From positions 1 through 64,000 of the IMG/VR virus record IMGVR_UViG_3300021426_000063: 64,000 bases of DNA. One strand, 5' to 3'. The notes under the pieces are model-generated. The model searched no databases. It was not told the DNA's origin and saw nothing but the letters and a program-made list of their open reading frames with translations. Of the stretch, positions 30,433 through 40,703 are shown in pieces; positions within the stretch are counted from its first letter, which is position 1, and each line of letters starts with the position of its first letter. This DNA is from a virus. Taxonomy: Duplodnaviria > Caudoviricetes. Both the position numbers and the translations under genes were made by a program.

Positions 30433-30615
30433 CTAATATAATTCAATCTTATTATTACATTTAGGACAGGTGATAATCTTTGCTATGTAGGTTTCATCAC
30501 CATAAGTTCCAACACCATAACTCCTTTCTTCAGTCTTGATGTCAGAATCTTCATAAGTCAGATAAGCACCACAATGTGAACACTTAACTATATTTCCTAC
30601 TAATATCTTTATCAT
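30433..30615 (-). CDS. Small zinc-ribbon protein
   Basis: CSHCG...CPKC. Confidence 0.7.
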   Translation of the reverse strand: MIKILVGNIVKCSHCGAYLTYEDSDIKTEERSYGVGTYGDETYIAKIITCPKCNNKIELY

Positions 30616-30616
30616 A

Positions 30617-31042
30617 TTACCAATACATTATTTCATCTAAAATATGCTTAAAATCATTCTCTGTCGCAAAGACACCAAGAACTTTGTCACCCTTATTCAC
30701 AGTGACAAGATGATCATCCAACAAAGTATCTGGCTCAAACTCAACAATGGTCAAGTCCTCACCAGATTCATTGAGATTCTTATAATAATCTTCATTTATC
30801 TGTGAAGGGATTCTCCTTCTTTCTATGATATATTCCTTTGACTTATCATACTGGTCCTGGATAAACTCACCCAGTTTATCCCTATCAAACTCAAACTTGG
30901 TAGGTGAAATCATATTAGGGAAGTCCCCAAAAGCACTTTCCAGGAACTTCTTAATTGGGTATGAATTTACTACCTCTTTGTAGTCCAGGTTCTTATCAAA
31001 CCTAACATACACTACTTCAATAACATCATCTGTATCTTTCAT
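30617..31042 (-). CDS. Hypothetical protein
   Basis: ATG at 31042, 4 nt after the promoter element at 31047-31058. Confidence 0.65.
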   Translation of the reverse strand: MKDTDDVIEVVYVRFDKNLDYKEVVNSYPIKKFLESAFGDFPNMISPTKFEFDRDKLGEFIQDQYDKSKEYIIERRRIPSQINEDYYKNLNESGEDLTIVEFEPDTLLDDHLVTVNKGDKVLGVFATENDFKHILDEIMYW

Positions 31043-31067
31043 ATTGTAAATATAACAAAAATGGTGG

Positions 31068-31625
31068 TTATTCACCACCATTTTCATATTTTTCTATCAA
31101 ACTTTGTAGATTTGTGAAACTCACCATACCAGCACATGGTTGCCAATAAATCACATTGACATCATATTTTGTCTTAAGTGTCTTAATGATTTCATTTATC
31201 TCATCAGCACATATACTAGAATAAAGATAGCCTGTCATATCATTGAATGCCTTTGACAGGTCTCTTAACTTGATGAGAAGGTCATATATCTCCTTTCTTC
31301 TATCTGCTGGTTTGACATACCTCTTCACAGAATTCCACACATCCTCTTTCAAAGAAAGTTCATCTGATCCATCTGACTTCCAGTGATAAGACTGTTGTGA
31401 GTTCCTTCTGATGACTTTTGAGAACATACCACACTTCTTGCATTTTATTTCAGCAGAATAAGGTATCACTATGGAGTCACCACCACCCTGGTTGAAGACA
31501 TATTCCAATTCACCACCGCAGACTGGACATCTGCTGGACTGGATTTCTTTGTCTATTTGCTCTGATTTTTCAACTATCTTTAACTTCTTTTGAAGTTCTT
31601 CCTTGCTGTAATGTATGTCATTCAT
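31068..31625 (-). CDS. Zinc-ribbon hypothetical protein
   Basis: CPVCGG...CKKCG. Confidence 0.7.
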   Translation of the reverse strand: MNDIHYSKEELQKKLKIVEKSEQIDKEIQSSRCPVCGGELEYVFNQGGGDSIVIPYSAEIKCKKCGMFSKVIRRNSQQSYHWKSDGSDELSLKEDVWNSVKRYVKPADRRKEIYDLLIKLRDLSKAFNDMTGYLYSSICADEINEIIKTLKTKYDVNVIYWQPCAGMVSFTNLQSLIEKYENGGE

Positions 31626-31981
31626 CTTTTCTTTGTCTTTTCATTGATGATATTGGAAACCTTTGTGATTTTTTTCATCAAAGATTCTTTATACTCTTCA
31701 TAATGAAGGTCTGGATATTCCATAATCTGTCTCTCAATGTCCTTCATTGTCATCTCCCTGTCAAGTCTGACAATGTTACCATTGAGTTTCTGGATTCTCT
31801 TCTGTAACTTACCAAGCATAAGTCTGTTGTCACAGACCTCTGTCCTGATGTCAATATCTTCATCACCATACTGATGAATATAAGACCTTAAATGTTCCTG
31901 TCTTGCCTGTAAATTATGAAATGCATATTGAAGGTGTCTCAACTGTCTCCTTGCTTCTTTTATATCTGTGTATTGTATCAT
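31622..31981 (-). CDS. Coiled-coil hypothetical protein
   Basis: Packed ORF. Confidence 0.65.
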   Translation of the reverse strand: MIQYTDIKEARRQLRHLQYAFHNLQARQEHLRSYIHQYGDEDIDIRTEVCDNRLMLGKLQKRIQKLNGNIVRLDREMTMKDIERQIMEYPDLHYEEYKESLMKKITKVSNIINEKTKKR

Positions 31982-31984
31982 AAT

Positions 31985-32521
31985 CTAAAACTTTGAACCT
32001 AAATATTGAACTGGTACTTCCTTTACAAGCCAAACACCATTATTTGACAGGAAGAACTGGTAACCATCCTCAACCATCTCCTGGGTGTTGATGGTAAGAA
32101 CAACTGGTTTACCATGCCTTTTACCAACAGTTGTAGCAGTCTGAATATCAGAAGACAGGTGGACATAAAGTCTTGACATAGGTTTCAAACCTTCCTTGAG
32201 GATTAAAGGAATGAACCTATCAGCAGTCCCATGGTAAAGTATCTCCGGTGGAATAGTTGGAGTCAGTCCAACATCAACAGGAATGGAATGTCCCTGTCTT
32301 GCCCTGAGCTTGGTATGGTCTTCATTATATTCATACCTGGCCTTGTTGTTGGTATTCACAATCTCCTCAATGAGTTCCTCTGTGAAACCTTTTTTAACCA
32401 AGTCTGAAATGGACATATAACCAGACTCATCAATGAGTCCAGCATTGAAGTCCTCCATACTGTGCCGGAGGATGAATGAAAGGTATTTTCCTTTACTTGT
32501 TAATTCTTCTTGGTATGTCAT
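31985..32521 (-). CDS. kptA: RNA 2'-phosphotransferase (Tpt1/KptA)
   Basis: LSFILRH, KARY, RARQGHS, LYHGT, GLKPMSRLYVHLS, GKRHG, NGVWL. Confidence 0.93.
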   Translation of the reverse strand: MTYQEELTSKGKYLSFILRHSMEDFNAGLIDESGYMSISDLVKKGFTEELIEEIVNTNNKARYEYNEDHTKLRARQGHSIPVDVGLTPTIPPEILYHGTADRFIPLILKEGLKPMSRLYVHLSSDIQTATTVGKRHGKPVVLTINTQEMVEDGYQFFLSNNGVWLVKEVPVQYLGSKF

Positions 32522-32574
32522 AATACAAATATAACAATAAAAATTTAGAAAAACAAAAAAAAAAAGATGAGGAA

Positions 32575-33204
32575 CTACTTCCCATCTTTTTTATTAAAAA
32601 TAGATAAATTTGCTGTCCTGGACACTGCCCTAAGATGTGTATGTTTATTATGAAATTCAAGAAAATCTCTACATACTTCTTCATCATCAAAATATGTATC
32701 CATATCATTATCCTTATTTGATTTCAGAGTCTTTTTATATAATTCATCAATGTCTTTATCCTTAACCCACTCATCAAAAACCTCTTTAAATGTCCAATCA
32801 TAATGATCAATATGAATATAATGTTTATCCCATATTGTTTCACCTGTTATAGGACATACAAAAGGTAATTGAATTGATTCCCTCATCTTCTCAATCTCTG
32901 GTCTTATTACTGTTCTACATGCTTTTATAACATCTGCTTTCTTCTTTGGTGGAGAAATTGCAGTAACAAAAGATATATCTGTATATGAACCATCTTTCCT
33001 AACTATATAAAAACATTTACCTCCATAATTGTCTGGTCTTACTTCAAAATGGTCTACACCAACACCAACCTTTTCATCCCATTCTGGATGATTTGGAAAT
33101 ACATATTCCAGAAGAAATTCACTTGATTTCTTATCAACAACCTTATAGGTATTATATAATATATACCTACACATCTTTGTTTTTTCTGCTTTACTGAAAT
33201 CCAT
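32575..33204 (-). CDS. DUF3223/DCL-like domain with an HNH-like C-terminus
   Basis: HPEWDEKVGVGVDHFEV...CFYIVRKDGSYTDISF (DCL-like); CPITG...HIDH...F..FH...N. Confidence 0.65.
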   Translation of the reverse strand: MDFSKAEKTKMCRYILYNTYKVVDKKSSEFLLEYVFPNHPEWDEKVGVGVDHFEVRPDNYGGKCFYIVRKDGSYTDISFVTAISPPKKKADVIKACRTVIRPEIEKMRESIQLPFVCPITGETIWDKHYIHIDHYDWTFKEVFDEWVKDKDIDELYKKTLKSNKDNDMDTYFDDEEVCRDFLEFHNKHTHLRAVSRTANLSIFNKKDGK

Positions 33205-33205
33205 A

Positions 33206-33631
33206 TTATTTTATATCTTCACAATTTATTCTTTTATACTTATATCCATATTCTGAAAAATATTCAGACCTTAACATATCATCAATCTCATTTCTTGTTT
33301 TTCTTTTATATGGGGTATCAATTTCTATAATCATATTTTGAAAAGGTAAATAGAAATCAACTATATAAAATCCTCCTGTTGGTTTTCTAATTATTTTTTG
33401 AAACTCATACTTTATATCTTTTGAGTCAAATTTTTTCATCATTTTAAGTTCTTCTGGTGTGACTCTTTCAACAAATTTGTCTTTCAAATCCTTTTGACTA
33501 TATTCACCAAACATATCTGTATAAAAGTCACCCCATTCAGGATTACACTTTTTAGAAATCAATTTGTTTCTTGTTTCAAGTTTTCTTGTATCAACTCCAC
33601 CATTAAATGTAATAAATTCATTCAAATCCAT
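33206..33631 (-). CDS. DUF559/Vsr-like endonuclease
   Basis: TPEE...YEFQK...YIVDFY...IIEID...D..R...GY...RI. Confidence 0.7.
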   Translation of the reverse strand: MDLNEFITFNGGVDTRKLETRNKLISKKCNPEWGDFYTDMFGEYSQKDLKDKFVERVTPEELKMMKKFDSKDIKYEFQKIIRKPTGGFYIVDFYLPFQNMIIEIDTPYKRKTRNEIDDMLRSEYFSEYGYKYKRINCEDIK

Positions 33632-33638
33632 AGTAACT

Positions 33639-33932
33639 TTATTTTTTTGTAAGTCTTATATGTTCAGACACATTAGTTTTAATCACACATTGTTCATAAA
33701 CATATGGAAAATCATAATATATCTTATCAATATCCATTTTCACTCTCTGGTTTTCTGGAACATATTCAACCATGTATTTATCATTGTATATATAATGTCT
33801 ATTTCCAAGACATTTTAAAATTTCAAGTCTTTTGTTTTTCCTCTCTTCTGATAGAAGTTTATACTTATCTTCTATTTCAACTAATTCATTAATTAACTTA
33901 TTCTCTTCTTCATTACACTTGTGTGAAATCAT
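33639..33932 (-). CDS. Hypothetical protein
   Basis: First gene after the promoter at 33955-33966. Confidence 0.65.
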   Translation of the reverse strand: MISHKCNEEENKLINELVEIEDKYKLLSEERKNKRLEILKCLGNRHYIYNDKYMVEYVPENQRVKMDIDKIYYDFPYVYEQCVIKTNVSEHIRLTKK

Positions 33933-34006
33933 AATACATTAGTTATTTTTAACATAAAGATAACAATAAATTTCCAAATTTCCAAGGTGTCAATATTGAC
34001 AGGTAT

Positions 34007-34039
34007 AAAAAAAGATGAGGAACTATGCCTCATCTTTTT
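34007..34039 (-). terminator. Intrinsic terminator
   Basis: AAAAAGATGAGG-aactatg-CCTCATCTTTTT; related hairpins at 32564-32591, 39860-39888 and 40552-40575. Confidence 0.7.
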
Positions 34040-37000
34040 ACTTTTTTATACAACCAATATCTAAATGAATCATCTCCCCCATCTTCTTCATACCTTTCAT
34101 ACCATTTAGGATATGCATTTATCAACTCATCTTCATCATACTTTTCATCTTCTGGAATTTCAGGATTTGGGTCTAACCTCCTTGGGTCCAGGTCATAGAT
34201 ACTCTTTGGAAGGGATTCTGAACTGGATGGAGAGGAGTCTGGTTCAACAATCTCTTCCTCCTTCACCTTTGAGAAATCAATCTCCTTTCCATCATAACCA
34301 AGGATATCATCAGTTGTCTTTGGTTGAATATTTTCTCTTACAAATTTCCTGATGTCTTCAGGAACATTGTATTTATCAAAGAGACCTTCATCAATCTCAT
34401 CTATCTTATCAGAGTTCCAAAAGTCTTCTGAATAGTCTTGTATGGGAACAGAAACCCAATATTGTTTTAAATTATCTCGAGAATATTTTTTGTTAATTAA
34501 AAGTGCTCTTGCAAATTTACTTATACAATATTTTGCATGTTTTTTTGCTTCTTCAAAATCTTTACAATATCCAGATTCAAGATAGTTATCTGTACATATA
34601 TCATTTGGACCAACTATTATAATATCACCATATGTGCCTCCTAAATATTTTTTGTCAAAACCACCCCATGTCTTTGGTAATAAAATTTTCCATACACCTT
34701 TATGACAATCTATATGTGGTTTTGGTAAAGGATAATTTTTATCAACATATTTTATTGTTCTTAATCCATCCAATATACCAAAAATTTTTATATCATCATC
34801 ATTCTCTTTTTTGTCTTTAAATGTATTTGGTAAACCATATTTTTCTGGACTCTTGAAGAAATTTGTTTGTAAATTATAAGGTACTCTATTAGTAATAACT
34901 GTATCCATACCTGTACAATCTCCAACACAATCAACAAGTTTTTTAATTTCTTCTGGTTTTATAATATCATCATTTTTAATTGGTAATTTAATCTCTTTTG
35001 GATTTTTACCATCAGTATACACCAATTGTTTTCCTTCAAGTCCATTATCATATCCTTTTTTCCAATAAATAATATTTGTTTTTTTAGCACCTGTAACACC
35101 TTTAAATCCATCAAAAATATTATTAATTGAAATGATTTGTTTATCATATTTTACATCAGGTGTATTCATCAAACTTAAACCATTACCAGACTTTATATCC
35201 TGCCATCCAACCGGAAATATCATACTCATCTGGTCACAATTCTGTTTAGCCCAAATATAGAATTGTGGATATATTTGTTTTTTACCATTATTATATGGTG
35301 GATTCCCAACTATTACTGACCAGCGCATATTGTTACTTTCTATTATTTTTCCCCATTTTCTCTTAATTGATCTATCAAGACCATCTATCATTGACATATC
35401 TACTTCATCTGAATCTCCTTCATCATATTCATCATAATCTTCTTCATTCTCCTCATTTATCTTATGAATGAATGAATCAAATGTGTCAAGATTGATATAT
35501 CTGTTTTCATCCACTGGTGATGGTCCATCTATCAAATTACCATTCTCATCAACATTATAATCTGTTGTATCCTTCTCTCCATCATCACCAAGGACATTAT
35601 ATACAAGAATATGTTCATCCAACCACTGACGCCTCTCACTTATACTCTTACCCAATTGTTCAAGTAACATAGATAGAGTCTTCTTGTTAAGTGCTGCTAT
35701 CTTATCTGTTCTACACACAAGATAATAGTTATCAATATTAGCACTTGATAGATTATCTTCATTTGTATCACTAAATAGATAGTGAGCAATTTCTCCTATC
35801 TTACTTCCATAGAAGTCAAGAATAGTCATATCTTTATTAAATATAACAAAATCTCCATTACCATCCATAAACAGTTTCTTACAAATACCTCCATCTATTT
35901 TATCACCTGTTTTATATGGTGTAATGACTTCTGTATTACCCAATCTATCATAGAAGTCTTGTAGAGTTATTCTCATTTGCTCATAATCAGAATAATTACT
36001 CTTAAACAATGTCTGTGCTGAAACAATAATCTCCTTCAACTCTCCTTCTCTACCAAGTGGAACAATGATATCATTATACCAGGTCTGTAATTTGCCCTTA
36101 ATTCTTTTTGCTGTATATATATCATATGCCAATTGCTTATCCGGGTCATTCGAATGTCTCCACTTAATTCCAAGGTCATCTGCAAAGATGGCTGCTGTTA
36201 TAGATGCATTTGATGGATGGTCTTTGTGATACAGGTCATCCCAAACTCTGTTAATCTTATACACCTTCTCCTTATCCTTTGTGAACTTCAACAACATAAA
36301 GAGCAAAATGTCTCTGATGATAGTCTCATTCATCTGTGCCAAACTGTTGAGTTCATCTGCATATGTACCTTCATATTCATGTGTAGACATCTCCCTGGTA
36401 ATCTTTTTACCATCCTTACCTTTCATTTCTGGTGCCTCACCTTTGGCATGTGTACCAGGACCCTCCATAGCTGCTGTTGATTTTAATGGTGCAAATCTCT
36501 TTGACTTCTTAATAGTCTTCATCCAATCACCAGGTTTAACTCCTTCAACCCCCCAGTCATATGTTCTCTTCAACAATGTACTTACAGGTGTGTGTTTTCT
36601 ATAATCATCAATAATCTCTATCATTGATGTAGATTTACACCTTTCAAGTTTATTGTCTTTGAATATAAGATATGGCATACAATCCATCTCTTCCTCATAT
36701 TTCCTCTCTATTAAATCATCAGTATCATCCTTCTTTGCATCTTCACCTCTTGAATCATCACCATTCCTGGCCTCTGCCTCATACCTCTGCCTCATCATAT
36801 CCAATATTCTATATGGTGAGAAATCAACAAACAAAGTCTGTGGTTTCATATCAATCTTTGTTGGTGTTCCCAACTTAATATTACCTTCATCATCCAACTC
36901 TACTGTCTCTACCTCCTTGACATAAGGACTCATAATTCTGAATTTTGCCTGGTCATACTCCTGTGGAGACTTACAGTCCTTCATATAGAACATAGTATCC

Positions 37001-39813
37001 CAAGGTTCAACAGTAACACCTGTCAACATCTTGACCACAGTCAATGTAATAGTCTTGTTGCCTGCTTCTGCATACTCTCTAATCTGTTTCTTTGCCCATT
37101 CTGTACTTACAGGTTCAATCTTACTTGCTGCCTTTACAATCATATACTTTTTCAGATTAGGAAAATCTTTTATTGGAGCATCATTAATCATCTTCTCCAA
37201 GGCATCACAGCAGATTCTGTTTGGTAACACAATCACAATATGCTTACACATATTACCTTTCTTGATTTCAGGAAGGTTAATAAGTGACATCACACCGGTT
37301 TCCTTCACACCAGTACCTCCATCGAGAAGCTGGAACAACTTCTTGATGGCTTCTTTATATTTAAATACAGGTGTATCCTTATCTTTTGTCTCAAACAACT
37401 TACCAAATGTGAATTTGGTCTTCTTCTTCATATAAGTATCAAGTCTGAATTCCTCTAACTTATATCCATACTGTAACATCTGAGGAATACCAAAGTATGG
37501 ATTATCCTCCCAGTGTTTCTCCTTACCATTATCATTATATGGATCACCTGGAATGTCAACCTTACTATGTGACAAGATAAATGGTGCATGGTCTTCTGCC
37601 CACTTTTTCTTTGCACCAATCAATTCCTTGAATGAGAACTTTGCAATAATGTCCTTCTCTTTGAATTTACTTCCAAGCATCAGTTTATATGGTGTTCCTG
37701 AAAGATACAGTCTGATTGCATTCTTCAAATTCAACATTCTTTCTGCTGCATCCTCTGTCTCCTGGTCTCCACCATCATCTCCATCTTCTTCATCATCTGG
37801 AACATAATCTTCATCAGGAGTATATGCCTCATTGACTTTCTGCTCACCCGTTGCCTTACCAAGTTTCTGACCTTCAACAGCAAAGTGTGCCTCATCAAAG
37901 ATAATCAAATCAACAGGACACTCAAAGAAACTGATATGCCTATCCTTTACTTCTGCCTTGACCAATTCTCCATCCTTGTGTCTGTCATTAACATCACCAT
38001 TCAAGTCTTGTAATGAGACAAATATCACAATCTTCTTATCCTTATGTAACTGTAAATACTTTTCAAGAGATGGTGTCAATTTAACCTTTGGTTTTCCATC
38101 CTTATCCAATACTGGTTTTCCTTCCAAATCAACTTCTGGTTCTTTATCACACCAGTCTTCCTTCTTCATTTTGACTGTACCATCTGGATTAAGTTCATTA
38201 TTGTTCAACAGCCAACTGATACCCTGTTCTGTATCAGATGCATCATACATATCATAACCTTTGAAGTCACTATATGGATTGATTGTTTTGATCCATTCAT
38301 TCTTTACATCAACCTTTGCAGATGCAACAACTGTAAGTCCAGAAACATGTTCTGTATGATGTTTATAGAAATTCTTCATACACTCAAATGCTGTGTATGT
38401 CTTACCAAATCTCATAACAGCATACATAAGTAACTTCTTTCCACCAAGACCAACTCTCTCCTCAAACTTATCAACAGTCTCCTGCTGAAGTCCCCTCAAA
38501 GTATATTTCCTGGTTTCATTATGTGTAGGAGGAATAATATCATCATTCCTGGTATTTGTATATTCCTTTAATTTAGAAAGAATAGACTGTCTTCCTGCAA
38601 TTGCCTTTTCTTTTAATACTTCTATGGCCAATTCAACATCATCTGGTGTACAATTTTCAAAGAACTCCTTTGAATATTTCTTTGCCTGATAATCACTGTC
38701 TCTGAATTCATCTTCCGGAATAATCCTTCTGATGTCTTTATTATCATTCAATTTCTTAATATCTTCACCAACAAGGATATTATGGATTGTATAATCCCTG
38801 AACATCTTACCTTTCAATCCTTCACCACAGGATTTTGGTAATATTGCACTCCACTCCCAGGATTTCTCATGAATGACCATACCTTCTTCCTTACCAAACA
38901 CATCCTTCCATTCAGTTATTCTCTTTGCCACACCTCTGTTAGTATCTCCAACCTTTAATGGATGAATATCCCTTCCTGTTTTCTCCTTAATACTCTCATC
39001 AGCATAGTTTGAATAGAAAGCATATATTTTAGGTGTTGTAACACCCTTAATTAAATCACCCTCAACAGTGACATCACTCATCATATCTGACTCATCAAGT
39101 TCAACACCTGTGACACCACCACCTTTAACATCATCAATATTATTAAGATGGTCACCACTATTGGTAAATACAATTGACAACTGTCTCTCTGTCTTATCTG
39201 GGAATCTATACACCTTTGATGTTTTATCAGATGGGAATAAATCTGCCTTTGCTATATGAAGATGTCTTGATTTATATAGGATTTTATCAAACTGATTTGA
39301 CACATTACTTTCATCAAATGTGTAATACCTTGACTGACCCTTTGTATAGACAAATTCACCAGAAATATATGGGTAGTTAAATATGTATAAGTTCAAATCT
39401 GCAATAACACCATATGTGTAAGGTGGTTCAATTTTCAATGATATGTTATAGATATAATCAATTACACCTTTTATGTTCCACCCATCAAATATTTCCTGGA
39501 TTTGAGTTTTTGTTGAATCTGAAATCCCATCCTTTTCTTCACTTGGTGTGACTTCTACATACTGATAATTGTCTTTATGAATAGTTTCTGTGTCATCAAA
39601 ATAGATACACCACACTTTCATATCAAAATCTCTTTCCAATCTTTGAGCAAAAGGAACATCATTGATGACCAAACAGTTCAAACCACTATCAGCATCTTTT
39701 GATAGTGCTGTTCTACTTATCAGCTTATTATAAAACTTATCTTGATTTTCAATTTTGATTTTCTTGGTTATACTCTCATTCAAGAAATCTTCAAAACTTT
39801 TTAGATTCAACAT
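34030..39813 (-). CDS. 1927-aa fused restriction-modification-like enzyme: GIY-YIG/T5orf172 nuclease, SF2 (ResIII-like) helicase, Eco57I-like N6-MTase and TRD, with a capsid-targeting-like leader
   Basis: KIYAF...LKVGDT..R..KRI...KEFF; LRGLQ, AVMRFGKT, IFDEAH, LSGTP, MLTGVTV; EVITP, ILDFYGSKIGE, IVGNPPY; N-terminus MLNLKSFEDFLNES. Confidence 0.8.
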   Translation of the reverse strand: MLNLKSFEDFLNESITKKIKIENQDKFYNKLISRTALSKDADSGLNCLVINDVPFAQRLERDFDMKVWCIYFDDTETIHKDNYQYVEVTPSEEKDGISDSTKTQIQEIFDGWNIKGVIDYIYNISLKIEPPYTYGVIADLNLYIFNYPYISGEFVYTKGQSRYYTFDESNVSNQFDKILYKSRHLHIAKADLFPSDKTSKVYRFPDKTERQLSIVFTNSGDHLNNIDDVKGGGVTGVELDESDMMSDVTVEGDLIKGVTTPKIYAFYSNYADESIKEKTGRDIHPLKVGDTNRGVAKRITEWKDVFGKEEGMVIHEKSWEWSAILPKSCGEGLKGKMFRDYTIHNILVGEDIKKLNDNKDIRRIIPEDEFRDSDYQAKKYSKEFFENCTPDDVELAIEVLKEKAIAGRQSILSKLKEYTNTRNDDIIPPTHNETRKYTLRGLQQETVDKFEERVGLGGKKLLMYAVMRFGKTYTAFECMKNFYKHHTEHVSGLTVVASAKVDVKNEWIKTINPYSDFKGYDMYDASDTEQGISWLLNNNELNPDGTVKMKKEDWCDKEPEVDLEGKPVLDKDGKPKVKLTPSLEKYLQLHKDKKIVIFVSLQDLNGDVNDRHKDGELVKAEVKDRHISFFECPVDLIIFDEAHFAVEGQKLGKATGEQKVNEAYTPDEDYVPDDEEDGDDGGDQETEDAAERMLNLKNAIRLYLSGTPYKLMLGSKFKEKDIIAKFSFKELIGAKKKWAEDHAPFILSHSKVDIPGDPYNDNGKEKHWEDNPYFGIPQMLQYGYKLEEFRLDTYMKKKTKFTFGKLFETKDKDTPVFKYKEAIKKLFQLLDGGTGVKETGVMSLINLPEIKKGNMCKHIVIVLPNRICCDALEKMINDAPIKDFPNLKKYMIVKAASKIEPVSTEWAKKQIREYAEAGNKTITLTVVKMLTGVTVEPWDTMFYMKDCKSPQEYDQAKFRIMSPYVKEVETVELDDEGNIKLGTPTKIDMKPQTLFVDFSPYRILDMMRQRYEAEARNGDDSRGEDAKKDDTDDLIERKYEEEMDCMPYLIFKDNKLERCKSTSMIEIIDDYRKHTPVSTLLKRTYDWGVEGVKPGDWMKTIKKSKRFAPLKSTAAMEGPGTHAKGEAPEMKGKDGKKITREMSTHEYEGTYADELNSLAQMNETIIRDILLFMLLKFTKDKEKVYKINRVWDDLYHKDHPSNASITAAIFADDLGIKWRHSNDPDKQLAYDIYTAKRIKGKLQTWYNDIIVPLGREGELKEIIVSAQTLFKSNYSDYEQMRITLQDFYDRLGNTEVITPYKTGDKIDGGICKKLFMDGNGDFVIFNKDMTILDFYGSKIGEIAHYLFSDTNEDNLSSANIDNYYLVCRTDKIAALNKKTLSMLLEQLGKSISERRQWLDEHILVYNVLGDDGEKDTTDYNVDENGNLIDGPSPVDENRYINLDTFDSFIHKINEENEEDYDEYDEGDSDEVDMSMIDGLDRSIKRKWGKIIESNNMRWSVIVGNPPYNNGKKQIYPQFYIWAKQNCDQMSMIFPVGWQDIKSGNGLSLMNTPDVKYDKQIISINNIFDGFKGVTGAKKTNIIYWKKGYDNGLEGKQLVYTDGKNPKEIKLPIKNDDIIKPEEIKKLVDCVGDCTGMDTVITNRVPYNLQTNFFKSPEKYGLPNTFKDKKENDDDIKIFGILDGLRTIKYVDKNYPLPKPHIDCHKGVWKILLPKTWGGFDKKYLGGTYGDIIIVGPNDICTDNYLESGYCKDFEEAKKHAKYCISKFARALLINKKYSRDNLKQYWVSVPIQDYSEDFWNSDKIDEIDEGLFDKYNVPEDIRKFVRENIQPKTTDDILGYDGKEIDFSKVKEEEIVEPDSSPSSSESLPKSIYDLDPRRLDPNPEIPEDEKYDEDELINAYPKWYERYEEDGGDDSFRYWLYKKVKR

Positions 39814-39844
39814 AACCTACCATTTTAAAATTCAATATACAAGT

Positions 39845-39852
39845 TATTTATG
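39845..39852 (-). promoter_or_regulatory. Late-type promoter CATAAATA
   Basis: 31 nt upstream of the ATG of the 1927-aa gene. Confidence 0.6.
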
Positions 39853-39891
39853 GGGTATGAAAAAAGTGAGGAACTTTCCTCACTTTTTCTT

Positions 39892-40518
39892 CTAATCCAT
39901 AGGATGTGACCTTGAGAATTCAGGTATCCAACTCTTCGCATATTTCTCAATACCTTCCTGTCTAATAAAGTTTTCATATCTTTCCCTTCTAAACTGTGTC
40001 CTTTTGACATCATCATTTTTATCAGGATAAACTTTATGAGCAAGTTCAGTATATTTAATCCATTTTTCCATACACCTGTTATAGTTATAAGTTTTCCATT
40101 GATTTCTCTGCAATTCTCTTAAATATGATTTATAGTCATATAACCCCTTCTGTCTTTTTAGAATACTTTTAAATGTTGATAAAAGAAGTCTATCTTTTTC
40201 TGCAACTGTCAAACCCTGCAAACCATCATCTTCACCTTTCTTTACCCATTTTACCAATGACTGCCAAACCTCATTATATTTGTTTCCTTCAATTTGAGCC
40301 TTCTCATATGGATTGAAAGAATTTGTTGATATATTTGTATTAACAAATGATTTATCTTCCTTGTGTTTATATATTGCAGCAGCCAGATATGGGTCTGTTT
40401 TTGGGTCTCCTGTAAATTCTTCTGGCATATTACTTGGAACAACTTCTGGAAAATCGGGTTGTTCAACTTCTTCATAAATGAATCTTTCATTTATAAATTC
40501 TTCAAATTTAAGTACCAT
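39892..40518 (-). CDS. Hypothetical protein, candidate internal head protein
   Basis: N-terminus MVLKFEEFINE; own CATAAATA at 40541-40548. Confidence 0.7.
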   Translation of the reverse strand: MVLKFEEFINERFIYEEVEQPDFPEVVPSNMPEEFTGDPKTDPYLAAAIYKHKEDKSFVNTNISTNSFNPYEKAQIEGNKYNEVWQSLVKWVKKGEDDGLQGLTVAEKDRLLLSTFKSILKRQKGLYDYKSYLRELQRNQWKTYNYNRCMEKWIKYTELAHKVYPDKNDDVKRTQFRRERYENFIRQEGIEKYAKSWIPEFSRSHPMD

Positions 40519-40573
40519 AATACATATATAGTTATATGATTATTTATGAAAAGAGTGAGGACTAATCCTCACT

Positions 40574-40702
40574 CTATCTATACTTTGGAGAAAGATTCCC
40601 CTTATATGTCATTATCCCGGCAGATTTCAGGAACTTCATTGCTTCTTCCTTTGACGAAGTCACTTTCTTCGCAGCTTTCTTCAATAGTTTTTCACTCTTC
40701 AT
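40574..40702 (-). CDS. Small hypothetical protein (42 aa)
   Basis: Hand-translated MKSEKLLKKAAKKVTSSKEEAMKFLKSAGIMTYKGNLSPKYR. Confidence 0.6.
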   Translation of the reverse strand: MKSEKLLKKAAKKVTSSKEEAMKFLKSAGIMTYKGNLSPKYR

Positions 40703-40703
40703 A

